64,000 nucleotides of DNA from Hemiscyllium ocellatum (GCF_020745735.1 NC_083449.1:10638923-10702922); one strand, 5' to 3'; counted from the stretch's first letter, positions 12,946 to 25,132 are shown. Numbers and translations: made by a program. The notes: generated by a model not told the origin, from the letters alone.

Positions 12946-15360
12946 AAAGACTATACTTGAAAGTTTCTGCTAGATGAGTTATTAAATACAAATTGATTAG
13001 TTATTAATCTCTCCCCATCAGTTTCTGAGCTGACAATGTATGTATGCATTTATCAATCTGAAACTGCTATTTTTTATAATATGAATATGGGAGTACAGTT
13101 ACTGTTCTATGCCTGGGGATATAGGAGTGGAGGCTAGGAAACTTCAGGAAATATATATTGAAATCTTGAAAACAGCCTACACGCCAACTGACGGGGTGCT
13201 AGAGATGTTAAAAGAAACATAATGATATATCAAACTCTCGGACCTGATCAAGTATATCCCATGATAGTGTAGGAAGCTGTATTGAATAAATGATATAGTT
13301 TTCTTACTTTTTTTAAAGAATATCTCATAGGGAAGGTCAATCTATCCCTACCAGTTACTGCAATATGAATGTGTGACTGTACTTATCAAATCTGTACCTG
13401 TCAGTTTCTGTGTGAATATATGGGTGCAGTTATCAATCTCAGTTGCTGCAATGTGAATGAGAGTATAATTATCAGTCTCTCACTGTCAGCTTCTCCTACA
13501 CCTATATGTGATTTTAGTTATTGAGCTGAACCTCTGTTAGTTTCTGTCATATGAATATGAGAGTGTCATCATCAATCTGTCCCAGTCAGTTTCTGCAATG
13601 TGAATGGGTGAGAGTAGATATCAAGCTCTAACTGTTTCTGCCATGTGAATATGAGTTGAATGTGAGAGTGTAGTTGTCAGGCTTTGTTTGTCAAACTGAG
13701 TATTGTTATTGATCTATACTTGTCAGATACCCGTGTGAAACTGGGAGATTCGTTATCAAAAATTAGTTTCATATTGCATAAACTGACAAATGAGTGTTAT
13801 TCTCAATCTGTTCCTGTCAGTTTCTGCTTCATGGATATGATACACTTGGTATCAAACTTTCTCTGTTAGTAACTACCTCTGTCAGTCACGACAATGTGAA
13901 CGTCAGGGTGTATTTACCAATTTGTTCCTGTCAGTTTCAGCTCTGTGTATTTGAGTGTGCAGTTACTAATCTGTAACTGTTAGTGTCTGCCATGTGAATG
14001 TGTGAGTGCATTTATCAATCTTACCCTATCCGCTTCTGTGTTGTGAATATGCTAACCAATTTGTACCTGCCAGTTCTAATATGTAAATATCGTTCTCAAT
14101 TTCTCTTTGTCAATTTCTGCTATATGTTACAGCGTGCAGTAAGCAATCACTTTTCTACAATGTGAACATCAGAATATAGTTACCAATCTGACTGCTCTGT
14201 GAATGTATAAGTACAGTCACCAATCTTCTTTGTAACTCTGAATTTAGGTATTAATCTATGCCTGTCAATTTCAGCTATGTGAATGTGTGAGTGCACTTAT
14301 CAATCTGTACCTGTGAGTTTCTGCTTAGTGCATTTGTTTTGTGTCATGGATTGTGTAATCGAAAATTAAAGGGTTTTCCAACTCCTATAGTGCAGACTCG
14401 AACTGGGAAGAATGATACTATGGACTGTTCTTCAGGATACCATCGGTATTTCCTCAGTGCATGCTACATACTTTCGTGAATATTGCTGAGAAATGGATAG
14501 GCGTTACATTCCTTTGTTAGTGTTGAAAGGAAAGGAGAATGAACAAATAAATTGTATTGTAGCCAACTGACCACAATGTTCCTGCTACAGGAAAGAGCAT
14601 TGACTAGTTCACTTCATTATTCTATTATGAGTGTTACATAATCCTGCTCTGTGGTGTGATGGTGCAAGCCATTAGCAGTGCTCTCCTGATACTCTATGGT
14701 GCCAATGAGGAAAGTGAAAAGACTTGTATTTTTGTCATACAGTGGAGAAGATTTAAATCATTCAGGCAAATTTACTGAACTCTTCCTGCAAAAAGAATGA
14801 GATTTTTCAAATTACAAGATTTTTAGGTTCCTTTGTTGAATTAAAGGGTAATTATTTGATTATAATTGTTAAATTGATGATATGACACTATTTTCTTGCC
14901 TTTTTGCAATATTTCATAGGGTGGGACATTTGGGATTCTTTGTAGAAGATTAAAATGAATTTGGAGACCGAGTTACACATTTTTTAATAAAAATAAATTA
15001 ATTCTGGGCAGTGTGAAAATATAATTTCTATCCCTGCAAGGTGAATATGTTGAGAATGATGTTGAGATCAAAGTGGGCTTGGCAGCTCCTCTGTTGCCAT
15101 GACACCCTCATTGAAATGGAATGCTGGCTGAATGAGATTAGTTGCTTGTTTTTGTGTAAACATTTGTAAAGATTCATTTCTGTTTCCTACAGTGTAAATG
15201 TGTGCACATCGCTGTTAGTCTCTGTATCTTGTGTGTTGATATGGTGAGTGTATTGGGGACTCAGTCTGAATCAGTCAGGACCTTTGTATATGTGTGCGTG
15301 TTCTCAGTAATGATTCACTACTGGTCACATATGGCTGTTGAAACAATGTAAAGGCATGAT

Positions 15361-15564
15361 TAAAAAATCACACAACACCAGGTTATTGTCCAACAGGTTT
15401 AATTGGAAGCACACTAGCTTTCGGAGCGACGTTCCTTCATCAGGTGATTGTGGAAAGGAGCGTCGCTCCGAAAGCGAGTGTGCTTCCAATTAAATCTGTT
15501 GGACTATAACCGGTGTTGTGTGATTTTTAAACTTTGTACACCCACAATGGCATCTCCAAATCAT
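15361..15564. mobile_element. Penelope-terminus-derived fold-back element with a hammerhead core (minus strand 15415-15443)
   Basis: About 75-bp inverted arms. Flanked by near-identical AAA(G/A)GCATGAT. Absent from the paralogous site near 32600. Confidence 0.8.
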
Positions 15565-15891
15565 AAAAGCATGATGTCATTGTTTATCTGGTTTGACATT
15601 TAAAATGCCCTTTTTAAATGTAAACTTGACTTGGACACCAACTGCCTACTTTAGGCAGCCAGTCAGCTTTAAACATGCTGTGAATGTTCGTGGCCTGTGA
15701 ATCTTATTAATTGAAACCAGGAAGATGTCTATGGAGAATGCAGAGAAAAAAATAAACTTGTCTTTCCGCAGTTGAGTCTGACTGTTTGCTTATTTGGATA
15801 GATCTCTGGAAATTGAGCTCAAACTAAGTCTGATCCAATCTGCTCCGTACCTCTGGAAAGGATGTTGTCTGCTTTGACAGCGGTAACATAC

Positions 15892-15999
15892 CTGCTGTTT
15901 GTTAGAAGCAGCTGGTCTCACTTGGCTTTGTACTGAGGAAATATGACATTGTCTTCATCATTCAAATATTTGCTTGGCAGAAGACAGAAGATTTTTCAG
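15892..15999 (-). other. Candidate internal exon, copy 2 of 5 (proximal acceptor AG>AA; TGT>TGA in the conserved frame)
   Basis: Homologous to 9375-9482. The donor CAG|GTATGT and distal acceptor TGATTTACAG are retained. Confidence 0.45.
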
Positions 16000-16173
16000 C
16001 TGTAAATCAACATAAGCCAAATTAGGCAAGATTAAACTGATCAGTGTGGCAGTCAGTTAATAATCATTAGGGTATTTTTAAACCTAGCAATGCGAACAGA
16101 ACCAGGTTTCTTTCCCTCAGTTGCTCCTGGTGTCCGTTTCCTGCAACTTTGTGACAATTGGGTGAGATCCAGA

Positions 16174-16416
16174 GCTGAAAACGTGTTGCTGGAAAAGCGC
16201 AGCAGGTCAGGAAGCATCCAAGGAGCAGGAGAATCGACGTTTCGGGCATGAGCCCTTCTTCAGGAATGAGGAGAGTGTGCCAAGCAGGCTAAGATAGAAG
16301 GTGGGGAGTAGGGGCGTTGGAAATGCGATAGGTGGAAGGAGGTTAAGATGAGGGTAATAGGCCGGAGTGGGGGTGCGGGCGGAACGTCAGGAAGAAGATT
16401 GCAGGTTAGGAAGGTG
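16174..16416 (-). mobile_element. Penelope-like element fragment with hammerhead core (16236-16263)
   Basis: The minus strand reads CTGAAGA-A-GGGC-TCAT-GCCC-GAAACGTC. Direct repeat GAGATCCAGA at 16164-16173 and 16417-16426. Absent from the paralogue near 32000. Confidence 0.8.
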
Positions 16417-16871
16417 GAGATCCAGAACTAACATCCATGAATGGGAATTCCTGACGCAGCTGCAATGCTGACATATATCAACAGCAAGCTGACAATACAC
16501 TAAATGTTGAAGGAAAGAACAAGGGACGCTATGTCTAATGTTTTCCTCGAAACTTCAAATCTGTTCACTCTAATACGTGTCCTTGATAGGATTGTCACTA
16601 AATTATGGCCTGTTCTTCCATTATTCACTGTCCGATATCAACAAACAGCGTGAAACAGAAGCCAAACAATGAATTTCCATCAGTGTTTAGGGGATAAAAA
16701 CCACATGAATGTCCCACAGCAGCTTCTTCCCCCTCTCCCTCCCTCAGCAGGCCCACACACAGCCCGAGAAAGGTCTCTCTCTTCCCCCCAGCCCGCTCAC
16801 TCCAAGTTCCGGGACCAGGTCCTGCTCCGCTCGGCCTCTTACAAACAGCCCCCGGTTCTCCCTGAACTCAC

Positions 16872-17155
16872 CCCGAATCAGTCCCGGTCTCGGAGCCCCC
16901 TCTGTGTCCCAGGCTCCCATCCCGATGTGCTGCTGGAAGGAGCCTGCTGTTCCCTCGCTTCCCTGGGCGCTGATCTCTCCATTGCGGTCTGTTTCAAACA
17001 AACCTCTTGCACTCACTGAGTAAATGCTCCTCAATGGCAGCGCTGGGGGAGGGCCTCACGCATGCGCTCCTCTGGTCAGGAACAATAGGCATGGGAGCAG
17101 CATCGCGCATGCGCCCCTTCACCAAATCATTGCCACAAACAAACATCAATTGGTC
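16872..17155 (-). other. Candidate promoter + first exon, copy A of 4
   Basis: CpG-rich. GCGCATGCGC (NRF1-type) at 17105-17114, second site at 17058-17067, CCAAT at 17149-17153. Donor GGG|GTGAGT at 16872/16871. ATG at 16920 opens MGAWDTEGAPRPGLIR. Confidence 0.55.
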
Positions 17156-17989
17156 ATTTCCCCAATTCCCTGTTCTCCCAGTTTGACCAAAGGAACTGGG
17201 GTTTTGGAGAAACGGCAGGGAACGTTTCAAGCTGGGACAGTGTCCCTTTATGAAGCACCATTGAGCTCATTCCCGGGTCATGTTAATAACTCCTCCCTCC
17301 GTCTCTCTCACAATCTGATCAGGGAGCGGGGAAGCTGGCGGCCACTCGGCCCATCCCCTGTGCTCCCCCATTCGATAACATATGGTCAGATCGAATGTTA
17401 ACTGTGGTATTTAATCCTGTTGACCCTCGTCCACAAATATTAACTCTTTGTCCAAAGTAACATACAGAGAGATGGAATAAGTGGAACATTCTTACGAAGG
17501 CAGAAAATAACTGATGGAGAGAGTCTTGCATCACAGTGTCAGTGCTTATTTCTGGGTCAGGAGGCCCGTGCAAAAGTCAGACGAGGTGTGCAATAACATC
17601 TCTGGGACACGATTTAGTTTGTCGTGGATGACAGATTTTAGTGTTAGGTATGCTGATGTATTGTGCGCTAGCTGTTTTTGTTTATTCACTCCTGGAACGT
17701 GATTGCCGCTGGCTGAGCCTACCATTTATTCTCCATCTCTTTGAGAAGGCGGTGTTGAGCCACCTTCTGGAACAGCTGTTGTCCATGTGCTGCCCACAAT
17801 GCCATGTATAAGGAGTTCCAGGGTCTTGATCCAGTGACAGTGAAAGAAAGTGGTTTCATTTCCAAGTCAGCATTGTGAATACCTTGGAGGGGAACTTGTC
17901 TGATTTCAAGGCGGTGTGCCCTGACATAAGCTGCCTTTATCCTTTTAGATGGAAATAGTCGCGATTTGGAAGGTCTTCCTTTTACAAAT

Positions 17990-20900
17990 TACAACACTCA
18001 AATCTCTTTGTCAGTGGCACAGACAGACGTCTCTCCGGCCGACAGCGAGAAATCACAATAGTGTGTTGCCTCCCTGGTGCCAGGATCAAGGACACCTCAG
18101 AGAGAGTGCAGGATATTCACAAAGGGGAGTACAGATTGGAATTAACTACACAGGAAGGGAAAGGGATGAGATTCCGAAGGAAGAATAAGGAAAAGAAGCA
18201 AGAATTTGGAAGGGAGGTCGTCTCTGGTAGTAATATCTAGATAATTCCCGCTGCTTCAAGCGACTGAGGGTAGGAATGGGATGATAGAGCAGAGGAATGC
18301 CCAACTCAGGAACTGGTGCAGGGGAGAGGTGGTCAAATTTTTATATCATTGGAATCTCTTCTGGGGAAGACGTGACTTATAGAAAAAGGATGGAATACAC
18401 CTGAATTGGAAGGGATCTACTATATTGGCAGGGACAATTCCATGAGCTGCTGGGGAGGGGTTAAACTAGTAAGGTGTGGGCGTGGGGTGAGGTCAGTGGG
18501 AACCGGGGAGATAGTGAACAAAGATATCAATCTGAGGCTGGTAGTCGGTAAGTCAAACACCCAGGGCAGACAGGAACATAGCAGAGAATGAGGTAGGATT
18601 GATAACTTAAACTGCATTTATTTCAATGCAAGAGGCCTAACAGGGAAGGAGGATGAACTCAGGACATGGTTAAGAGAATGGGATTGAAATGGGGAGATCA
18701 TAGCAATTAAAAAGACATGGTTTGGGAGTGACTCAACTGGCAGCTTAATGTTCCAGGAATCACATGTTATAGGAAGGATGGGGGGAGGGGTCAGCAAGAG
18801 AAAATGGGGAGTGACATGTTTGGTAAGAGATAACGTCACACCTTTACTTAGGGATGATATTCCTGGGCTTACATCCATGGAAATTATTTGAGTGGAACTG
18901 AGAAATAAGAAAGGGTTTGATCACCTTATTGGGATTGGACTGTAGATGCTCCAACAGTCAGCAGGAAATTGAGAAACAAATTTGTCAGGATGATCTTAGA
19001 TCTGCAGAAATAATGGTGTGGTTATGGTGAGAGATTTTAACATTCCAAAGCTAGATTGGGGCTGTCATATTGTTAATAGTTTAGACAGAGAGGAATTTCT
19101 TAAGTGTATACAAAAACATTTTCTGATTCAGTATGTGAATGTACTTTCTAGACAAGGTGCAAAACTTGATCTACTCTTGTGATATAATGATGTTTCAATG
19201 GGGGAACACTTTGGGGCCAGAGACCATAATTTTATTAGTTTTACAAATGTGATGGAAAAGGATAGTCGAGATCTAAAAGTTAAATTTCTAATTTGGAGGA
19301 AGGCCAATTTTGAGAGTATTATGCAATAACTTTCAAAAGTTGACTAAGAGCAGATGTTCAACAGGCAAAGGGATGGCTGGAAAATGGGAAGCCTTCAAAA
19401 ATGAGAAAACAAGGGTCCAAAGGCAGTATGTTCCTGTTAGGGTGAAAGGCATGACTGGTAGGTGTAGGAAATGCTGGCTGAGAAAAGAAGTTGGGGTTTT
19501 GGTCCAAATAAGAAGGAAACATATTTTAGTTAAGTACAGCAGAGGTTGAGCGAATCCTTCAAAGAGTATAAAGGCAATAGGGATGAAATAAGAATGAAAT
19601 CAGGAGAGACATAACATAGCTTTGGAAAATTATGTTCAAGAAAATTCAAATAGATTTTATAAATACATGAAGGTCAAAAGGGTAACCAGGGAAAGAACAG
19701 GGCACAGTAAAGATTAACAAGTCAGTCTATGTGTGGAATAACAGGAAATATGGGAGATGCTAAGCAAGTGCATACTGAGGAGAAGGAGCTGGAAGATATA
19801 GAATGTGGGGAAGTAGATGGTGACAGCTTGAAAAATGTCCATAATACAGAGGATGTGCTGCTGGATGCTTTTAATTGGAAAAGATGGATAAAGCACAAGC
19901 ACCCAATCAGTGGACCCAGGAACACGGTGATAAGCTCGGGAAGTGATTGTTGGGCCCCTTGCTGAGGTATTCGTATCATCAATAGTCACAGGCGAAGTGC
20001 AAAAAGACTGGAGGCTGGCTAACATGGTGCCACTATTTAAGAATGGTGGTAAGAAAAAGCCAGGGAACTATTGAACAGTGAACGTCAGAGAGTCATAGAG
20101 ATGTACAGTGTGGAAACAGACCCTGCAGTCCAACCCGCCAATGCCGACCAGATATCCTAATCCAATGTAGTTCCACTTGCCAGCACCTGGAGGGTTGGTG
20201 TGGACTTGTTGGGCTGAAGGGCCTGTTTTCACGCTGTAAGTAATCTAAAAAATCTCTCTTTACACATACCCTTCCTATTCATGTGTCCATCCAAATGCCT
20301 CTTAAATGTTGCAATTGTACCAGCCTCCACCACTTCCTCTGGTAGCTCATTCCATAGACGTACCACCCTCTGCATGAAAATGTTACCCCGTAGGTCTCTT
20401 TTATATCTTTCCCCTCTCACCCTAAACCTATGCCTTCTAGTTCTGGACTCCCTGACCCCAGGAAAAATACTTTGCCTATTTACCCTTTCCATGCCCTTCA
20501 TAATTTTGTAAACCTCTATAAGGTCACCCCTCGGCCTCCAACGCTCCAGGGAAAACAGCCCCAGCCTGTTCCAACTCTCCCTATAACTCAAATCCTCCAA
20601 CCCTGGCAACATTCCTGTAAAACTTTTCTGAACCCTTTCAAGTTTCACAACATCATTCTGATAGGAAAGAGACCAGAATTGCACACAATATTCCAACAGT
20701 GGCCTAAGCAAGTCCTGTACAGCCGCCACATGACCTCCCAATTCCTGTACTCAATACTCTGACCAATAAAGGAAAGCACACCAAACACCATCTTCACTAT
20801 CCTATCTACCGGTGACTCCACTTTCAAGTAGATATGAACCTGCACTCCAAGGTCTCTTTGTTCAGCAACACTCCCTTGGAGCTTCACATTAAGTACATAA

Positions 20901-21310
20901 GTTCTGCAAAGATTTGCTTTCCCAAAATGCAGCGCCTCGCATTAATGTGAATTAAACTCCATCTGACACTTCTCAACCCATTGGCCCATCTGTTCCAGAT
21001 CCTGTTGTAATCTGAGGTAACCCTCTTCGCTGTTCACTAGACCTGCAAATTTTGGTGTCATCTGCAAACTTACTAACTGTACCTCTTATGCTTGCATCCA
21101 AATCATTTATGTAAATGACAAAATATAGAGGACCCAGCACCGATCCTTGTGGTATTCCACTAGTCACAGGCCCCCAGTCTGAAAAACAACCCTCCACGAA
21201 AGGTCTTCTACCTTTGAGCCACATCGACAGTAGGCAAACAGTTGAAGAGATTCTGAGAGACAGGATTTACATGTATTTGAAAGGCCAGGATTGATTAGGG
21301 GGAGTAAACA
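17990..21310. mobile_element. Old plus-strand CR1 LINE (ORF1 esterase remnant + 5' ORF2) with a minus-strand CR1 3' fragment nested at about 20088-21222
   Basis: CCLPGARIKD and DG.HLNWKG-like ORF1 remnants and IYFNARGL at the ORF2 start. The minus-strand piece has KFADDTK and YCVQFWS and ends in CTATGACTCT. Confidence 0.85.
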
Positions 21311-21394
21311 TTGCAAATGATGAAAACGGTAATTTTGCGGAAGCCATTAAAGAAAAAAATGTTGAAGAACCAATAAATATGTAAAGAGAGATGT

Positions 21395-21661
21395 TTAGAT
21401 TACTTACAGCGTGAAAGCAAGCCCTTCAGCCCAACAAGTCCACACCAACCCTCCGAAGAGCAACCCACCCAGACCCGCTCCCCCACCATGGGTAATTTAG
21501 CATGACCAATTCACCAACCTGCCATATTTTTAGACTGTGGGAGGAAACGCACGCAGACACGGGGAGAATGTGCAAACACCACACGGACAATTGCGTGAGG
21601 CGGGAATTAAACCTGGCTCTCTGGCGCTGTGAGGCAGCAGTGCTAACCACCGTGCCGCCCA
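21395..21661 (-). mobile_element. tRNA-derived SINE (HE1/V-SINE-like)
   Basis: Head GGGCGGCACGGTGGTTAGCACTGCTGCCTCACAGCGCCAG; tail GTAAGTAATCTAA. Mirror copy at 45405-45672. Confidence 0.88.
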
Positions 21662-22733
21662 CGATGGAATGTAAGGTTAGTACATAAGTTAGTAACGAGG
21701 ACCATATTTCACTTACAACATAAAAGAAAGAAGTTCAAAATGGGGAACAAAAACGTCTTCAAAAATCGCTAACATACTGTTGTTCTCTGTTCAACATGTT
21801 CACACAACTAACACAGTAGTAATGTTGGGGAGTTTAGCGAGAGGGAAAAACTGAACCAAATTATTTGGGAAATGATGTTGGGATAGTGGATAGGATTGAA
21901 GGTTGTGAAACATCAGGCCTTGATCATCTACGTCCCAGATTATTTCATGTAGTGGGCTGAGTAATAGGGGATGCAGTGGTGGTCATGTTCCAAGATTCCA
22001 TAAGCTCTGCAATAATTTACACATATTGGGGGTTAGCTAGTGTAAGCAATCCAATGGAAAAGGCAGGTAGGCAGAAAATTGGGAAGTATAACCCAGTCAG
22101 CCTGCAGGGAAATATCAAAGTGAAAGCTTCAATTGCGAAGCATTTGACAAAACAGTATTCAGGATCTGCTAGAGTCAGCATGAACATGAAGGGCCTGTTC
22201 CAGTGCACACTGTTCTGTCTTCTAAGATTGACAAACCGACTGGCCGTCTTTGAGGATGTAAACAGTGGAGCTGATGAGAGTGTAACAGTTACTGAGGAGA
22301 AAAAGTACAACTATCTCCCTGGACACCGCAGCAAAGGGTGAAGGGAGGAGACATTCTATCCTTCCACACTTACATTTGGTGAAATTTCTGGCTTGTGCCT
22401 ATGGGAATGTGAATATTGTGTCAGAGAGGGTGTCGGAAAACGGCGGACGGTTAGTCTGACGTAACTGTGTGTGTCCGCGAATATTATGATATTTCCAAGT
22501 CTCTCTTATGTAACTCAAAAATATTTACAATTAAAATTATCCCCCTGCTCCCCTTCTAAACCCCAAAGATAGATTTGAACGCAATATATTTGTTAGTTTC
22601 AAGATTTCGGTCTAAAAGTAGCGACAATGTCACCGTTCAGCTCAGAAAGCGCCATCAGTGCAGCAGCAAAATGCGTTTAACTCGACAACGGAGCGGTCAA
22701 TTCGAGTGAAAACTTTTCAGCCGTGAAGCTTCC

Positions 22734-22890
22734 TGTGTCAGGGTGAGGAGCGATCGAGCCTGGCTCTCTGGCGATGATGAATTTCAGAGGAATCGGAGAG
22801 TTTAGGCCGTTAGAGAAACACAGAGAGGCAGCAGGAGCAGGGAGCTCACGGCAGGTTGTCCCTGCGCCGTCCGCTCGCTGCCTTGAAGTT
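22734..22890 (+). promoter_or_regulatory. H1 promoter: H1 (AC) box and HINFP-like site; no canonical TATA or CCAAT
   Basis: AAACACA at 22816-22822 and CGTCCGC at 22868-22874. Both are conserved in the mirror copy (GCGGACG at 44196-44202, TGTGTTT at about 44248-44254). Confidence 0.6.
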
Positions 22891-22970
22891 GCTCAGTGCC
22901 GCCGCCAGCAGCTTCATTGCTGACCCAGTTCAGACTGACCCAGAGAGAGATTCAGCGCAGAGTTCTCAAC

Positions 22971-23651
22971 ATGAGCGACAGTGCAGCCGCCGAAACGGCT
23001 CCTCCAGCCTCCGCTTCCACCAAAGCCAAGGCTCCCAAGAAGAAGGCGGCGGCTCCCAGGAAAAACACACCCGGCCCCGGGTTGGGCGAGCTGATTCTGA
23101 ATGTTGTCGGGGATATCAAGGATCGCAAAGGGGCGTCTCTGTCCGCTGTAAAGAAGGCGCTGGAGAAAAGCGGGATCGATGTGGGAAAGCGAAAGACACA
23201 GATCAAGATGAGCATCAGGAGGTGCCTGGCGAACGGCTCCCTTGTTCTGGTCAAGGGCCAGGGCGTCTCCGGCTCCTTCAAACTCCCAAAGAATCCAGTC
23301 AAGGCAAAAGCGGGAAAAAAGGCGGGAACATCAGTGGGCGCCAAGAAACCGACTGTGAAGAAATCACCCGCCAAGAAAGCGACAGCGAAGAAATCCCAGG
23401 CCAAGAAAGCGATAGCCAAGAAATTCCCGGCCAAGAAAGCGACAACCAAGAAATCACCAGCCAAGAAAGCGAGCGGCAAGAAGACGGCACCGCCAAAGAA
23501 AGCGGTGAGCAAAGCAGCGCCAAAGAAACGGACTCCCGTGAAGAAGGTGAAAAAGGCCAAGAGTCCTAAAGCCTCCAAACCCCTCAGCAAACCGGCTAAA
23601 GGCAAGGCCAAGCCCAAAGCCAAAGTGACCAAGACAGCAGCAAAGAAATGA
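22971..23651 (+). CDS. H1: Linker histone H1, 226 aa
   Basis: MSDSAAAETAPP N-tail, winged-helix globular domain (DRKGASLSAVKKAL...KGQGVSGSFKL), K/A/P-rich tail with SPAK motifs, and a 3' stem-loop. Starts at ATG 22971, not the GTG of the ORF track. Confidence 0.96.
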   Translation: MSDSAAAETAPPASASTKAKAPKKKAAAPRKNTPGPGLGELILNVVGDIKDRKGASLSAVKKALEKSGIDVGKRKTQIKMSIRRCLANGSLVLVKGQGVSGSFKLPKNPVKAKAGKKAGTSVGAKKPTVKKSPAKKATAKKSQAKKAIAKKFPAKKATTKKSPAKKASGKKTAPPKKAVSKAAPKKRTPVKKVKKAKSPKASKPLSKPAKGKAKPKAKVTKTAAKK

Positions 23652-23687
23652 ACCAGTTAGTGTAACATATAACCATCTGAACCCAAA

Positions 23688-23729
23688 GGCTCTTATCAGA
23701 GCCACCCACATGTCTCAGGGAAAGAGCTG
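23688..23729 (+). terminator. H1 3' stem-loop and U7-binding downstream element
   Basis: CCCAAA-GGCTCTTATCAGAGCC-ACCCA with the hairpin at 23688-23703; AAAGAGCTG at 23721-23729. Confidence 0.93.
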
Positions 23730-24467
23730 AGCCCGGATCCAATGTTCCCTGTCCCGGCGCCGAGCGCAGACCTACCTTAGATATTAATCGATCTGAATAA
23801 ATCAAATACACACTCATGCCATGGTTTACGAGAGCAGAGACCTGTGAATGGGGAAGGCATCACATAAGGAAGGTGTATTGGTCTCCATCTGGTTATTTCA
23901 CTTCGCTATTTATAACCCTACCGAGTCACGAGTGTGACATATTGTAGTGTTTGTATTTCACTGACCCGTTCAGGAATGTTATTTTGTTCAGTTTTGATTC
24001 TGGGACGCTGCGCATGTTTTCATGGCGTGTTCCTTCCATCTGCCTGTTACAGACAGTTCAGGCAACAATTCCACATTATCTTCGGGCTAATTACAATCTG
24101 GGGGCAATGAAAGATAACAGATAAAGTGAGATTCTGTCCTTTTATCGGTGTACACTGTATTAGCTTTTAAGATGTTTAAATTGGTGGGGTTGTTTCGATT
24201 GATTCACGTCAGGTACAAGTTCGTTTGCTCAGTTTGTCTGGGCTATTTTAAACACTGCCCTTTCTCCTGCCTGTTACAAACGGATCAGGCAATGATCCCG
24301 CCTCCTGTCCGCGCTGATAGTTAACTAGATTTTAAATAATTACTATAAAATATTAAATTTTAAACTTAGTTGCAGACGGACAGTGTTTTGCGTTTGAATG
24401 TTTAATTTAATCTAAGGCTTTGTGAGGGTGAATTCGGCGGGCTTTTTGATATAGACCAACTGACATT

Positions 24468-24600
24468 CCAATTGAACCAATCAGATTACAACAATTCTTT
24501 TCCAGCCCTTTCTGCCCCTTCCGGAGGTGTGTCTCTGTGGGCTGAGGGACAGGGCTGTATCCAATCCCAGCTCTAGGGCGGGCTCTCCATTCCCTTAAAC
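24468..24600 (+). promoter_or_regulatory. H3 promoter
   Basis: CCAAT at 24468, 24477 and 24561; GGGCGG at 24576-24581; weak TATA-like CTTAAA at 24594-24599. Confidence 0.6.
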
Positions 24601-24661
24601 AGGCAGCACCGCAGCAGCCTCAGTATTGACAGCAGCAGCCTGTGTGTGTTACAGAGAGTAG

Positions 24662-25078
<417 letters not shown>

Positions 25079-25132
25079 ACGGAGCCTGGCCGGCCCTGCA
25101 CATTCACCCCGAGAGAGCGAGAGAAACACAAC

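Larger units (their letters stand above)
2450..14335 (+). repeat. Degenerate ~49-bp tandem repeat array broken by insertions (blocks about 2450-2980, 3990-4330, 6990-7565, 9970-14335)
   Basis: Recurrent TCAATCTGTACCTGTCAGTTTCTG core. Approximate consensus GTTATCAATCTGTACCTGTCAGTTTCTGCTATGTGAATATGTGAGTGTA. Core spacing is 47-50 bp around 12260-12560. Confidence 0.88.
11960..17090. repeat. Left copy of a ~5 kb inverted segmental duplication (partner 31355-35897)
   Basis: Collinear reverse-complement matches, e.g. 14390 AGTGCAGACTCGAACTGGG vs 33540 CCCAGTTCGAGTCTGCACT. Shared SINE at 12605 and 35280. Confidence 0.92.

Noticed and set aside
9970-14335. CRISPR-like array, or degenerate zinc-finger coding repeat (Cys-rich short ORFs)
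   Set aside because: Eukaryotic context with no unique spacers or cas genes. The period is about 49 bp, not the 84 bp of C2H2 fingers, and no frame is conserved.
967-16872. Idea that unit A splices into the same-strand H2B to make a long-5'UTR H2B mRNA
   Set aside because: H2B has its own TATA/octamer promoter and no clear acceptor was found before its ATG; this cannot be supported without RNA data.
16669-17401. Unspliced 96-138 aa ORFs over the GC-rich block (also at 31399, 53803 and 53818)
   Set aside because: Several use non-ATG starts, their ends differ between copies, and the sense-strand ones read through a perfect splice donor.
22856-23632. Long alternative-frame and antisense ORFs over H1 (237 and 226 aa), and similar ones over H2B, H3 and the second H1
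   Set aside because: Shadow ORFs caused by GC-rich, repetitive histone codon usage; no independent start or promoter evidence.
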